Of a stretch of 64,000 bases of DNA, positions 48,925 to 59,270 are shown piece by piece. The notes under the pieces were generated by a model. The model was not told the origin of the DNA. It saw only the letters and a program-made list of their open reading frames with translations, and did not search any database. Every line of letters begins with the position of its first letter. Position 1 is the first letter of the stretch. The DNA lies in NCBI GenBank assembly GCA_963767735.1, contig CAVYES010000004.1:32001-96000 (forward strand). Reading direction: 5' to 3'. Position numbers and translations under genes: made by a program. This DNA is from Candidatus Bathyarchaeota archaeon (GTDB lineage Archaea > Thermoproteota > Bathyarchaeia > Bathyarchaeales > Bathycorpusculaceae).

Positions 48925-50217
48925 GTGAGAAATCTAAAGAAAATCTTCTTGGTCTCAATTCTATTCACATTAATTCTTGTCTTGTCAGCAGCAACTGCGG
49001 TTCATGCTGTTGAAGCAGCTCCTTCGGTGGCTTGGAGCCAAACCTACCCTGGCTTTGGCGATTCGGCGCGTTCGGTCGTTCAAACCAAAGACGGCGGATT
49101 TCTTTTGTTAACCACGGATTCTAATTCCGCATACCAGAATTATGTCACTGGCAATTTCTGGCTGTTGAAAGTTGACTCGTCTGGGAATCAACAATGGAAC
49201 AGAAGCTACGCCGGAACCATCTATGACGTTGACAGCGGCCAATATGCCATTCAAACTTCAGATGGCGGTTACGCCGCGATAGCTGAATACCAAAACAAAC
49301 TTCTGCTCATAAAAACAGACCCATACGGCAATGAACTGTGGAACCGCACCTATGCGGGAGCCGGAACATGCGCAGCAAGCGCCATCATCCAAACCAGCGA
49401 CGGAGGCTATGCCCTTTTAACGGTCTCGGATTACGGAACAAGCGGCAGCGACAAGGTATGGCTTGTCAAAACTGACTGGAAAGGCAATCCACAGTGGAAC
49501 CAAACCCTAGACGCGGGCGATGGCTTCTCGCTTATTCAAACCAGCGACGGAGGCTATGCAATCGCCGGAGAACCTGACAACGCACAATTTATGCTACTCA
49601 AAACAGACCCAAACGGAAATTTGCAGTTGAATGAAACCTATGGCGACAGTGATGAAGGGTGGGCCAGTTCTGTTGTTCAAACCAATGATGGAGGTTATGC
49701 TATAGGCGGATACATGTGGCTGAGGAGCAACGGAGGAGGCCCGAATATTGCTATAGTGAAGACGGATGCAGCGGGCAGCGTGCAGTGGACTCAGTATTAC
49801 GGTTCAGGTGTAGTTTTCTCTATGACGCAGACAAGTGATGGCGGCTTTGCAATAGCTGGCGATGAACTTGTCAAGGCTGATTCTTTCGGTAATGAGCAAT
49901 GGGAAATAGGGCTCGGTGGACAAGCCTCCTCGGTGATTCAAACGCAGGATGGGGGTTACGCAATCGCAGGATATGCCGCCATAAATCAGACTGTCTCTGG
50001 AGCTTGGCTGGTTAAAATAGATGTAGCCAACGCAAACCCGACAACTCAGCCTACGACCTCCCCTAGCCCAACTGTGCCGGAGTTCAGCAGTGCAGGGCTC
50101 ATTTTAGTGGTAACAGCAGTGGTGGCTGTGACCTTATGCGCGGTTGCATTGGCAGTAAGAAAATTGAATCGAACTAACTCTTATTCCAAGCAGACAACAA
50201 AGTGGGTGCGAACCTAA
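48925..50217 (+). CDS. Secreted beta-propeller-like repeat protein with PEF-CTERM-like sorting signal
   Basis: About 7 repeats of (I/V)QTSDGGY..LVKTD..GN.QWN.TY; C-terminal VPEF, TM and basic tail. Confidence 0.85.
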   Translation: MRNLKKIFLVSILFTLILVLSAATAVHAVEAAPSVAWSQTYPGFGDSARSVVQTKDGGFLLLTTDSNSAYQNYVTGNFWLLKVDSSGNQQWNRSYAGTIYDVDSGQYAIQTSDGGYAAIAEYQNKLLLIKTDPYGNELWNRTYAGAGTCAASAIIQTSDGGYALLTVSDYGTSGSDKVWLVKTDWKGNPQWNQTLDAGDGFSLIQTSDGGYAIAGEPDNAQFMLLKTDPNGNLQLNETYGDSDEGWASSVVQTNDGGYAIGGYMWLRSNGGGPNIAIVKTDAAGSVQWTQYYGSGVVFSMTQTSDGGFAIAGDELVKADSFGNEQWEIGLGGQASSVIQTQDGGYAIAGYAAINQTVSGAWLVKIDVANANPTTQPTTSPSPTVPEFSSAGLILVVTAVVAVTLCAVALAVRKLNRTNSYSKQTTKWVRT

Positions 50218-50370
50218 AAATACCATATTTTAGGGACAAGCCAACGCGCGCTTGGTTGGACTATAACGCCTATGTGAACAAATACGCCATAATCACCAAA
50301 AATTATGTAATTGCTGAAATATGCCCCAACCCTTAGAGAATTTAAGTGATAAAAAATAGGTGAAAAAAAT

Positions 50371-50520
50371 TTGGATAAAGCCCATAAGTTTAGGAAAGAC
50401 TTTACACCAGAGCAATATGCAGCTTATTTGGAAAGAAAAGCTAAAAACCCAGACGCTCTAATACCTGAACGTAAGGAACAAAAAAATATAAAGTTTAAAT
50501 CTAAAAAGAAGACTGGTTAA
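50371..50520 (+). CDS. Small basic protein, 49 aa (not in ORF track)
   Basis: AGGTGA SD then TTG: MDKAHKFRKDFTPEQYAAYLERKAKNPDALIPERKEQKNIKFKSKKKTG*; T-rich terminator follows. Confidence 0.65.
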   Translation: MDKAHKFRKDFTPEQYAAYLERKAKNPDALIPERKEQKNIKFKSKKKTG

Positions 50521-50649
50521 TTTTATTTTTTGGGATTTTTTGGTTAGAAAAAAACGCTTATGTGCACTTTTTAAAAATAGGCTTAGTTTGTGGTTTTTCG
50601 CTGATTTTGGGCTTAATTATCTCTGTCTAGCGCCCATATGGAAAGGAGG

Positions 50650-51225
50650 CTAAGTGTTTAGTTTTTTGATGAGCCAAGCCATGTTTTTTCCTAAGTCTTC
50701 CATAGTTTGCATGCCTTCCTCGTCTTTTTCCACGTCGCCCTTGTTTAAGCCTATGCCAACGTTCCAGTACGATGAGCCTGGAATAATCATTTGATTGATT
50801 AAAAAGAAGTGATTTATCCCATCAAAAGTCGGTATTCCACCTGCCCTTCGCACTGCCACAACCGCGGCGCCAACTTTTCTCTTAAACAAATCAGAATTCG
50901 ATCGCGCAACAAATCCTGAACGGTCAATGAGTGCTTTCATTTCAGGAGACATCATCGAAAAATACGTGGGTGAACCAAGAATTATTCCATCCGCCGCAGT
51001 CATCTTCTCAATATAGAGGTTAACGTTATCGTTTACAATTTTACATTGCTTATTTTTGACTTTTCGGCAAGTCCCACATGCCATGCAACCGTGAATTTGC
51101 TCGCCTGCAAGCTGAATCAATTCAGTTTCTATACCTTCTTTTTCAAGAACTTGAAAAACACGGCGAATTAAAATCGTGGTGTTGCCGTCTTTCCTTGCGC
51201 TTCCATTAAATGCAACAACTTTCAT
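50650..51225 (-). CDS. Iron-sulfur flavoprotein / NADPH-dependent FMN reductase family
   Basis: GSARKDGNT, CMACGTC.....C, GSPTYF, KALIDR. Confidence 0.9.
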   Translation of the reverse strand: MKVVAFNGSARKDGNTTILIRRVFQVLEKEGIETELIQLAGEQIHGCMACGTCRKVKNKQCKIVNDNVNLYIEKMTAADGIILGSPTYFSMMSPEMKALIDRSGFVARSNSDLFKRKVGAAVVAVRRAGGIPTFDGINHFFLINQMIIPGSSYWNVGIGLNKGDVEKDEEGMQTMEDLGKNMAWLIKKLNT

Positions 51226-51351
51226 TTCGAAACCTCAATTGTATGTTTTATAGTTGGGATAAAAAAGTATTGTTAGAAATTTTGGGCTTATCCCCATGCC
51301 GAGTTACCGATTGGCAAGAGGTTTTAGGTGTCACCTTTAAGAGAGTAAGCG

Positions 51352-52632
51352 TTAGTCAAGGTTGTATGCTTCTTCTCCATGCTGGCTGAGATCCAATCCG
51401 TCCTCTTCTTCTTTTGGACTCACTCTTAGCGGCGAAAAGAAATCAACCACTTTCAGAAGTGCGTAAGAACCGCAGAACGCGAAGGCCGCAACGACTAATA
51501 CGGCGAATACTTGGATGCCGAGTTGAGCGGGGTTGCCATAGAATAAACCGTTTGTGCCGTTAATCGCCGCTGATGCGAATAATCCTATTGCGACTGCGCC
51601 TATAATGCCGCCTATTCCGTGACAGGCGAAAACGTCTAAGGTGTCATCTATTCTAGATCTGCCCGCTCGCCAGTTAGCAATCAAGTTGCAGGCTATCCCT
51701 GCGACCAAACCAATAATCACAGCTGCTGTAAAATTCACATAGCCTGATGCGGCTGTAATGGCTGCCAAACCACATACCGCACCCACTGCAATGCCTATTG
51801 CTGAAGGCTTACCCTTGATTAACCAGTCCATTACCATCCAGGTTACGGCTGCCGCGGCGGCTGCCAAATTCGTTGCTACAACGGCAGAGACAGCAAGGTT
51901 GTTGGCAGCTAACGCGCTGCCACCGTTGAAACCGAACCAGCCGAACCACAGAAGACCTGCGCCCAAAATCACGTAGGGAATGTTTGTCGGTTTAAACTCG
52001 GCTGCTGCTGATGCCGATTTGCTTTCGTCTTTTTGGCTTAAGGCTTTAAGCTGATCTTTCCAGTAAACGCAGCCTTTTCTTCTGCCAACGACAAGCGCCG
52101 CTGCCAATGCCGATAATCCTGCGGCTGTGTGTACAACTATGCCGCCGGCAAAATCCACCGCGCCTAAGACGTGTAACCATCCGTTGGGGTTCCACATCCA
52201 GCAAGCGATTGGAGAGTAAATCAGGGTGGACCATAAAACCACGAATATCAGAAGTGATTTGAATCGGATTCTTTCTGCACAGGCGCCAATAATCAACGCT
52301 GGTGTGATGGCGGCGAACTTTAGTTGGAAAGCGAAGAATAGTATTGTTGGAATGGCTGACGCGTTAGGGCTAACGGTATTTATGGTTATGCCATTTAATC
52401 CCACAAGAGAAAGGTTGCCTATTATTCCATCAATGCTTGGTCCATAAACGAGACTATAACCCCAAAAGAACCAAACTAGACTAACTACTGCAAAAATGAT
52501 GATGCATTGGACCAGCGTCGAGACAAGATTTTTTCTTCGGACTAAGCCGCCATAAAAGAAAGCTAAAGCTGGAGTCATCAGCATCACAAGCGCTGTTGAC
52601 ATTAAAACCCATGCGATGTCGGCTGCTGCCAC
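51352..52632 (-). CDS. amt: Ammonium transporter (copy 1); likely start GTG 52632
   Basis: LVMLMTPALAFFYGG, FQLKFA, DFAGG.VVH, LWFGWFGFNGGS, DDTLDVFACHG, HGEEAY; GAGGAG SD before the GTG. Confidence 0.95.
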   Translation of the reverse strand: MAAADIAWVLMSTALVMLMTPALAFFYGGLVRRKNLVSTLVQCIIIFAVVSLVWFFWGYSLVYGPSIDGIIGNLSLVGLNGITINTVSPNASAIPTILFFAFQLKFAAITPALIIGACAERIRFKSLLIFVVLWSTLIYSPIACWMWNPNGWLHVLGAVDFAGGIVVHTAAGLSALAAALVVGRRKGCVYWKDQLKALSQKDESKSASAAAEFKPTNIPYVILGAGLLWFGWFGFNGGSALAANNLAVSAVVATNLAAAAAAVTWMVMDWLIKGKPSAIGIAVGAVCGLAAITAASGYVNFTAAVIIGLVAGIACNLIANWRAGRSRIDDTLDVFACHGIGGIIGAVAIGLFASAAINGTNGLFYGNPAQLGIQVFAVLVVAAFAFCGSYALLKVVDFFSPLRVSPKEEEDGLDLSQHGEEAYNLD

Positions 52633-52901
52633 GTTTGTCTCCTCGAAGGTGTTATTCCAAATTATTTGTCTGCATTTTGGCAAAACTAATATTTTAAACT
52701 ATGCATTTGCTACGATTATATGGCTGAATTTAGATGAATGTTCAATTATACACTTTTTATCAATTATTCATTCAATATGTGGCAAAAAATTTTGTTAAAA
52801 ATCGTAAATTTGTCCAACAAACTAACGTTATTTGCAGTAAATTGTCAAATATAAAATTGATAACAATTTATACAAATAGAGAAAAAGAGCTTGGTTTTGC
52901 T

Positions 52902-54182
52902 CTAATCTAGTTGGAAGGCTTCTTCGCCGTGTTCGGCTAGGTCTAAGCCTGCGTCTTCTGCTTCTTCGCTCACACGTAGTGGCGAGAATATGTTCACGAA
53001 TTTCAGTAATGCGTAGGAACCGAAGAATGCGAATGGTACCACCACGCCAATTGCTATTAATTGAGGGATCATTTGGGCTGGGTTTCCGAAGAATAAGCCG
53101 TTAACACCGTTTATCGCTGCTGATGCGAATAATCCTGTCGCGATTGAACCCCAAATTCCGCCGACCCCGTGGCATGCAAACACATCCAGTGCATCGTCTA
53201 TTCTTGATCTGCCTGCTCTCCAGTTAGCTACCCGGTTGCAGAGAACTCCTGCTACTAAACCGATTATTAATGAGCATGGTACGTTGACGTAGCCTGATGC
53301 AGGGGTAATTGCGACTAATCCAACAACTGCGCCGGCAGCGATACCTGTTGCTGACGGTTTCCCTTTAAATACCCAATCTGCAAGCATCCAGCTTATAGCG
53401 GCAGTTGCTGCTGCTAAGTTTGTAACGACAAGCGCTGAGACAGCTAAGTCGTTTGCGGCTAATGCGCTGCCAGCATTAAAGCCAAACCAGCCGAACCACA
53501 GTAACGCTGCGCCCAGCAGTACATATGGAATGTTGGTTGGTTTGAATTCCGTTGCATGGTCTTTTTGATCCAAAGATTTCATTGCCTTCTTCCATGGAAC
53601 GGCGCATCCCTTTCTTCTCCCAACCAAAACTGCCGCTGCCAACGCTGAAATGCCCGCTGAAATGTGCACGACTATGCCGCCTGCAAAGTCGATAGCGCCA
53701 AGAGTGTGGAGCCAACCGGTTGGATTCCATACCCAGCAGGCTATCGGGCAATAGATAAGTGTAGACCAGAGCACCATGAATATTAGTAGTGACTTAAATC
53801 GGAATCTTTCTGCGCAAGCGCCAATGATAAGTGCTGGTGTGATGGCTGCGAACTTTAGTTGGAACGCGAATTGCAGTAGTTGGGGAATTTGTGGCGCAAG
53901 TGAAGTGTTAACTGCATTTATGCTTAGGTTGTTCATTCCTAGTAGGTTTGGGCTCCAGCCGATCAAGCCGTTGATAGTGCCGCCAAACACAAGCATGTAG
54001 CCCCAGAGTGCCCAGACTAAGCTTACGACCGCGAATATTACGAAGCATTGAACGATGGTTGATACCAAGTTTTTCTTTCGCACTAAGCCACCGTAGAAGA
54101 ATCCTAGTGCTGGCGTCATTAGCATGACTAGTGCTGTTGCAGTTATAATCCAAGCTATGCTTCCAGAGTCCACCATTTTCAT
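52902..54182 (-). CDS. amt: Ammonium transporter (copy 2)
   Basis: Same Amt motifs, twin His retained. Confidence 0.95.
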   Translation of the reverse strand: MKMVDSGSIAWIITATALVMLMTPALGFFYGGLVRKKNLVSTIVQCFVIFAVVSLVWALWGYMLVFGGTINGLIGWSPNLLGMNNLSINAVNTSLAPQIPQLLQFAFQLKFAAITPALIIGACAERFRFKSLLIFMVLWSTLIYCPIACWVWNPTGWLHTLGAIDFAGGIVVHISAGISALAAAVLVGRRKGCAVPWKKAMKSLDQKDHATEFKPTNIPYVLLGAALLWFGWFGFNAGSALAANDLAVSALVVTNLAAATAAISWMLADWVFKGKPSATGIAAGAVVGLVAITPASGYVNVPCSLIIGLVAGVLCNRVANWRAGRSRIDDALDVFACHGVGGIWGSIATGLFASAAINGVNGLFFGNPAQMIPQLIAIGVVVPFAFFGSYALLKFVNIFSPLRVSEEAEDAGLDLAEHGEEAFQLD

Positions 54183-54262
54183 CTGCCCTTTTTGACGTTT
54201 GTTTACTTGATTATTTTTTACCTCTACAGCTATTGTCTAGTTATATTTAAAATATACGCATC

Positions 54263-54279
54263 TGCAACACATTGTTGCA
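54263..54279. promoter_or_regulatory. Perfect palindrome upstream of the amt copy 2 TATA box
   Basis: TGCAACA-CAT-TGTTGCA, adjacent to a minus-strand TTTAAATA element. Confidence 0.5.
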
Positions 54280-54574
54280 TAGTTATGTGCGATTGTTTAT
54301 TTTAATGGTCAATCTATCGATGTTCATCCAATTTTTCACCTGACTATATTCTGATAATGAAAAGTCGTTCAAAATTAAGCTTCTAACTGCATGTTTCAAA
54401 GTTATGGAAAACAGGGAAGTTTCTAAACCTTGCACAAATTTACAGGTTTACGTTAAAACGTTGATAAAAACTGCATAGCAATCGGCACAGAAACCAATTA
54501 GGCAAATTCGCATATTAGAAACTAAACATACAACTTTTCCTGGAAGGACACAAATGCCCAAAGCATTTTTTCAT

Positions 54575-55951
54575 TCAGACGGTGCTCTTCGCTTTTTCTT
54601 TCCCACTTTTTCTCAGCATTAACACCGCTGCAACTATTGCTAAAATGGCTACTACAGTACCAATTCCGTAGATTGCCTCATAAGATAAACTTGACTGTGA
54701 TGTAAGATTCGGAGGAGACCTACCGCTGCTGGTTGTTGGGGGCACTGCAGTTGCTGATGGAGTTGGGGTTGGTGATGTTGTTGGAGTGGGAACGGTTGAA
54801 GGTGTAGGTGTTTGAGTGGGTGTTGGGGCTGGAGATTGTGTGGATGAACTGCCCAAAGCATAAACGCTGCCGGCATCGGTACCCGCGTAGACTACGCCTC
54901 CTACAACAGCAAGAGACGAATCAACCATGTAGTCGGTGGGGTAACTCCAGAGCACGGCGCCAGAGGCAGCATTTAAAGCATAAACGCAATCGTCCTCTGC
55001 GCCGACGTAAACTACACCTCCGACAACCGCGGGAGAAGAAGCAACGCTACAGTTCCCAGTATTGTAGCTCCACATTTGGGCGCCGGTTGCAGCATTTAAA
55101 GCATAAATGTTATAGTCAAGTGAGCCGATGTAGACTACGCCGTTGACGACAGCGGGGGACGAAACGACAGGGGCACCGGTGCTGTAGTTCCAGATTTTTG
55201 CGCCACTAGCCGCATTCAAAGCGTAAACGTTATTGTCGCATGAGCCGATGTAGACTACGCCGTTGACGACAGTGGGAGACGAAACAACATATTGCCCAGC
55301 GTTGTAACTCCACATTTTTGCGCCAGTAGCAGCATTCAAGGCATAAACGTTATCGTCCGTTGAGCCTACGTAGACTACGCCGTTGACGACTGCGGGAGAT
55401 GAATAAACGGGTGAGCTGGTAGCGTAGCTCCAAATTTGGGCGCCGGTTGCAGCGTTTAAAGCATACACGTCGCCGTTGTAAGAACCTATGTAGACTACGC
55501 CGTTTAAGACAGCTGGAGAAGAATAAACAGGCGCGCTAGTGTTGTAACTCCACGAGAAAGCGCCAGTAGCAGCATTCAAAGCATAAACATCGCCATCATA
55601 GGATCCTACATAAACTACGCTATTGACGATGGCGGGAGACGACTCAACATAGGCGCTGGTGTTGTAGCTCCATATTTGGGAGCCGGTAGCAGCGTTTAAA
55701 GCATAAAGGTTGTCGTCACCTGAGCCTACGTAGACTACTCCGTCGGCAACAGTAGGGGAAGAATGAACAAAGGCGCCAAGGGTGTCTTTCCAAAGCAGCG
55801 TTGGCGTAAGAACTGGATTGCCGGCTCCTGCGCCGCTGTGAGATGGATCCGAGCGGAACATTGTCCAGTCAGCGTTTGCAAACGGAATCAGAAGTATGCT
55901 TGAAAGAAAAATTATGCAAACTACAGCTGCTACCGAATGAAACTTGTTCAC
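54575..55951 (-). CDS. PQQ-like beta-propeller repeat surface protein
   Basis: Signal peptide, DWTMFR.D, 8 x 40-aa SSPAVVNGVVYVGS.D..VYALNAATG..W repeats, P/T linker, TM anchor. Confidence 0.92.
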   Translation of the reverse strand: MNKFHSVAAVVCIIFLSSILLIPFANADWTMFRSDPSHSGAGAGNPVLTPTLLWKDTLGAFVHSSPTVADGVVYVGSGDDNLYALNAATGSQIWSYNTSAYVESSPAIVNSVVYVGSYDGDVYALNAATGAFSWSYNTSAPVYSSPAVLNGVVYIGSYNGDVYALNAATGAQIWSYATSSPVYSSPAVVNGVVYVGSTDDNVYALNAATGAKMWSYNAGQYVVSSPTVVNGVVYIGSCDNNVYALNAASGAKIWNYSTGAPVVSSPAVVNGVVYIGSLDYNIYALNAATGAQMWSYNTGNCSVASSPAVVGGVVYVGAEDDCVYALNAASGAVLWSYPTDYMVDSSLAVVGGVVYAGTDAGSVYALGSSSTQSPAPTPTQTPTPSTVPTPTTSPTPTPSATAVPPTTSSGRSPPNLTSQSSLSYEAIYGIGTVVAILAIVAAVLMLRKSGKEKAKSTV

Positions 55952-56196
55952 GTGTATAATGCACCATTGTCTTTTAGCATTAAAGAACTATTAAAGTTCT
56001 TTTGCAATCCGCTATATAACACGTTTCAAAGGCTAAGTGCAGACTAAAATTCTAAAGTGAGAGTTTCTCTCTGCTCAAAAGAACCCCAAAAGTTAACAGG
56101 ACCATTTGCGTATCCAAAACCTCGAACCCGATGCTTCTTAAATACTCTTTATATAATGCGCAGAGAGATTCTCTGGACAAGCTTTAGGTGGGAGCA

Positions 56197-56267
56197 ATGC
56201 CGTTTTCGATGAGGCATCAAAGAAACTGATGAACTCAATCACAAACGAAGGTGGAAAAAATGAGTGA
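56197..56267 (+). other. Two overlapping uORFs (10 and 12 aa) before the ABC exporter
   Basis: AGGTGGGAG SD then ATG 56197 MPFSMRHQRN*; TGATG overlap to 56229 MNSITNEGGKNE*, overlapping ATG 56260. Confidence 0.45.
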
Positions 56268-57267
56268 AGACGTAATTAAGGCTGAAGGCCTTACGAAAGT
56301 CTTCAATGGCAACCTCCTTGCCGTCGACCATATAAACTTCAGCGTTAAGCACGGCGAAATCTTCGGTTTCTTGGGACCAAACGGCGCTGGCAAAACAACA
56401 ACTGTAAACATGCTCATTACCCTCCTAAGACCAACGAGCGGAACAGCTTCTATATTTGGCAGCGATATCGCCAAACAAAACTTTGACGTCCGGCACTCGA
56501 TAGGCTTTGTCCCTCAAGAGTACACTGCCGACGAGGACTTAACAGGCTACGAAAATATGCTTTTGTGCGCGGATCTTTATGGAATTTCCCGGGCAGCTTC
56601 CAAGAAACGTGCAATGGACCTTCTGAAGCTTGTTGAACTTGAAGGCTTTAAGGACAAGCTGGTGCAAACGTACTCTGGCGGTATGCGTCGAAGGTTGGAA
56701 CTTGCATGTGGACTCATCAACAGACCTAAAGTTCTCTTCTTGGATGAGCCAACGTTGGGTTTGGATGTTCAAACTAGAGTCGCAACTTGGAATTACGTTC
56801 GAATGCTGAAAAACGAGTTCGGCATGACTCTCTTCATGACTACACATTACCTTGAAGAAGCTGATGCCCTTTGCGATCGAATCGCCATAATTGACCACGG
56901 AAAAATCATGGTGATAGGAACTCCTGAAGAGTTGAAAGCAAGTTTAGGCGGCGATATAATTAAGCTCTCAATTCAAGAAGACACAGACATCACTGGGGTT
57001 TTGAAAAAGATCGATCACGTTGTGGACGTTAAGAAGGAGAATGATGCCTATCTGATAAGGGCTGAAAACTGCGAAGTGACGGCACCTCTGATTATCGAGG
57101 CTTTGCGCAGGCAGGGATACGTTGTCACCAGGCTTTCGTTTACAAAGCCGACATTGAATGAGGTTTACCTCCAATATACAGGGAAATCTATGCGTGACGT
57201 TGAAGAATCAAGGGAAGCCGTTAATGCTCAGAGGATGACAGTTAGGAGGGCAAGGGGCAGTGAGTGA
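56260..57267 (+). CDS. ABC exporter ATP-binding protein (DrrA-like)
   Basis: GPNGAGKTT, YSGGMRRR, LDEPT, TTHY. Confidence 0.93.
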   Translation: MSEDVIKAEGLTKVFNGNLLAVDHINFSVKHGEIFGFLGPNGAGKTTTVNMLITLLRPTSGTASIFGSDIAKQNFDVRHSIGFVPQEYTADEDLTGYENMLLCADLYGISRAASKKRAMDLLKLVELEGFKDKLVQTYSGGMRRRLELACGLINRPKVLFLDEPTLGLDVQTRVATWNYVRMLKNEFGMTLFMTTHYLEEADALCDRIAIIDHGKIMVIGTPEELKASLGGDIIKLSIQEDTDITGVLKKIDHVVDVKKENDAYLIRAENCEVTAPLIIEALRRQGYVVTRLSFTKPTLNEVYLQYTGKSMRDVEESREAVNAQRMTVRRARGSE

Positions 57268-58180
57268 GGAGGATGGCCAAGTTTCTAAGAATAGGCTGCA
57301 TGGTCTTTGGGCCTTGACGAATCGCGATCTGAAAAAATGGTATAAGGCTCCCATAGTCTTCTTACTAACGATACTTCAGCCGATTGTTTGGATGGGTTTG
57401 CTGGGCAAATCATTGAATATAGGCGCAATATTCAGCACCAGTCAAATACCTCCCATTTCGTTTAACCCACCGCTCACGCTGTCACAACTCGGCCAATTAA
57501 GCAGCTCAATCCACGGTTTATCCGCAATTATAATGAAAAATACATTCGGCGTCACCGACTACTTCTCCTTTATGGCTATGGGCATGGTTACGTTCGCCAC
57601 GCTTTTCACCGCTTCCTATAGTGGCATGTCTGTAGTTTGGGATCGGCGACTGGGTTTTCTAAACAAGGTTCTAAGCACTCCCGTTTCAAAATCGGTAATA
57701 ATACTGTCAAAGGTTCTTTCAGCAGCGTTGCGATCAATTTTTCAAGCTGGAATCGTGGTAGCTGTAGCAATCGTCTTTGGCCTTAAATTGGGCACAAACT
57801 TCAATGCTTTAAGTATCCTTGGAGTTTTCGCCGTTGTTTTCCTAATCGGCATGGGGTTGTCATCGCTCTTCATTGCAATTAACTTGAGGGCGACAAGAAT
57901 AGAAACTCCTCAGGCCGTGATGACTCTGTTCACGCTGCCCATAATCTTTGCCAGCAACGCATTTGTTCCAATCAGCCTGATGCCAAGTTGGTTGCAGGCA
58001 ATAGCTAATGCAAACCCGCTGTCATACACCACCGATGCAGTGAGACGACTAATGATATTTAGTAATGGGATAGGCAAATTTCCATTTTCCCTTCCATTTG
58101 ACTTCGCCTACGTTGGAGTATTCGCTGCAGTGACGACGACAATCGGCGTGGTTCTTTCTTGGCGGTTTCTGAACAAGTAA
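57260..58180 (+). CDS. ABC-2 type permease (DrrB-like)
   Basis: WDRRLGFL..LSTP, SNAFVPI..MPSWLQ..NPLSY. Confidence 0.92.
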   Translation: MSEEDGQVSKNRLHGLWALTNRDLKKWYKAPIVFLLTILQPIVWMGLLGKSLNIGAIFSTSQIPPISFNPPLTLSQLGQLSSSIHGLSAIIMKNTFGVTDYFSFMAMGMVTFATLFTASYSGMSVVWDRRLGFLNKVLSTPVSKSVIILSKVLSAALRSIFQAGIVVAVAIVFGLKLGTNFNALSILGVFAVVFLIGMGLSSLFIAINLRATRIETPQAVMTLFTLPIIFASNAFVPISLMPSWLQAIANANPLSYTTDAVRRLMIFSNGIGKFPFSLPFDFAYVGVFAAVTTTIGVVLSWRFLNK

Positions 58181-58271
58181 ACTTCAAAAACGAATGTGAA
58201 ATTTATTGCATCTGGCATCCCTATTCAACTCTGAGAAATCTTCATAAGGCTGTGATATTATTAGAAACAAG

Positions 58272-59096
58272 ATGCTGAAAAAAAGGGCAAAAGAACCGGA
58301 GTTTGTAGCCGCGGAAGGGCGTCCCAGATGCTTGTGTGTTTTGCTTTGTTACAATGACGGCGATATCCTCGAAGACATCATCCTTCACATGTTGAAAAAT
58401 CACCATGACATTGTCGTTTGGGACCATGGATCAGACGACGAGACCCCTCAGGTCCTCGATAAATACGACTCAAAATTTGTTGAGCGAAAACTTGTCCCGC
58501 GGTCTGTGGATTTCTACGACTTGTACCAGAAAATGTCACAGAACCTCATTAGCAATTACATCAAACAGTATGATTGGATATCTTGGCCAGATGACGACGA
58601 AATACTTGAAGGCCCAGAGATGACTAAAACTTATTACGAGCACCTCTGCGTTGTATATTTTTCTCGGTATAATTACATACAATTCAACAATTTCAATTAC
58701 TGGTTCACAGAAAAAGACGATAACACCATCGCATCGCCTGTCCAAAGAATACGGTACTATTCGATATTTCCTGATTGCGCTCCAAGGATACGTTCGTGGA
58801 GAGCCTCAGCGACTAACATAAGAAATTTTAATCATAATCCCCTAAAAGGAAAAAAATACCCTGTTAATTTTAACTTAAAGCATTACCCCATGAGGTCTTA
58901 TGAGCAGATGATCAGGCGCATCACTAAAGACAGAGCGAACCTTCAGAGAGGCGGGATGAACTATCACTACAACAACATGAAAAAAGACATGGCAAAAATG
59001 ATGCTAAAACCAGAACAACTCTACTATGACGACGGCAACTCCGAATTAAAACCCTACCCAAAATACAATTGGAGAGAAATATACGGATACGGCTAA
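58272..59096 (+). CDS. Glycosyltransferase family 2-like protein
   Basis: CYNDGDIL, DHGSDDET, PDDDE, LKHYPMRS. Confidence 0.8.
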   Translation: MLKKRAKEPEFVAAEGRPRCLCVLLCYNDGDILEDIILHMLKNHHDIVVWDHGSDDETPQVLDKYDSKFVERKLVPRSVDFYDLYQKMSQNLISNYIKQYDWISWPDDDEILEGPEMTKTYYEHLCVVYFSRYNYIQFNNFNYWFTEKDDNTIASPVQRIRYYSIFPDCAPRIRSWRASATNIRNFNHNPLKGKKYPVNFNLKHYPMRSYEQMIRRITKDRANLQRGGMNYHYNNMKKDMAKMMLKPEQLYYDDGNSELKPYPKYNWREIYGYG

Positions 59097-59270
59097 CGGC
59101 ATCAAAAAAACAGCAGAATTCACACGAATTTCATAAGCGGCTGAAAATGTTTTTTAGTTTAAGGCTTTTTTTTTACCTTAGAACGTACTTATAACAGTCA
59201 AAAAACGGCTTTTAGGAACAAACAGTGAGGGAGTAACCTGAATGCGTCAACTTATCTTCTTCAGTAAATA

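Noticed and set aside
52640-52660. NrpR operator before amt copy 1
   Set aside because: GGAATAACACCTTCG does not fit GGAA-N6-TTCC
54860-55800. 120-bp periodic DNA repeats
   Set aside because: Fully explained by the 40-aa beta-propeller blades
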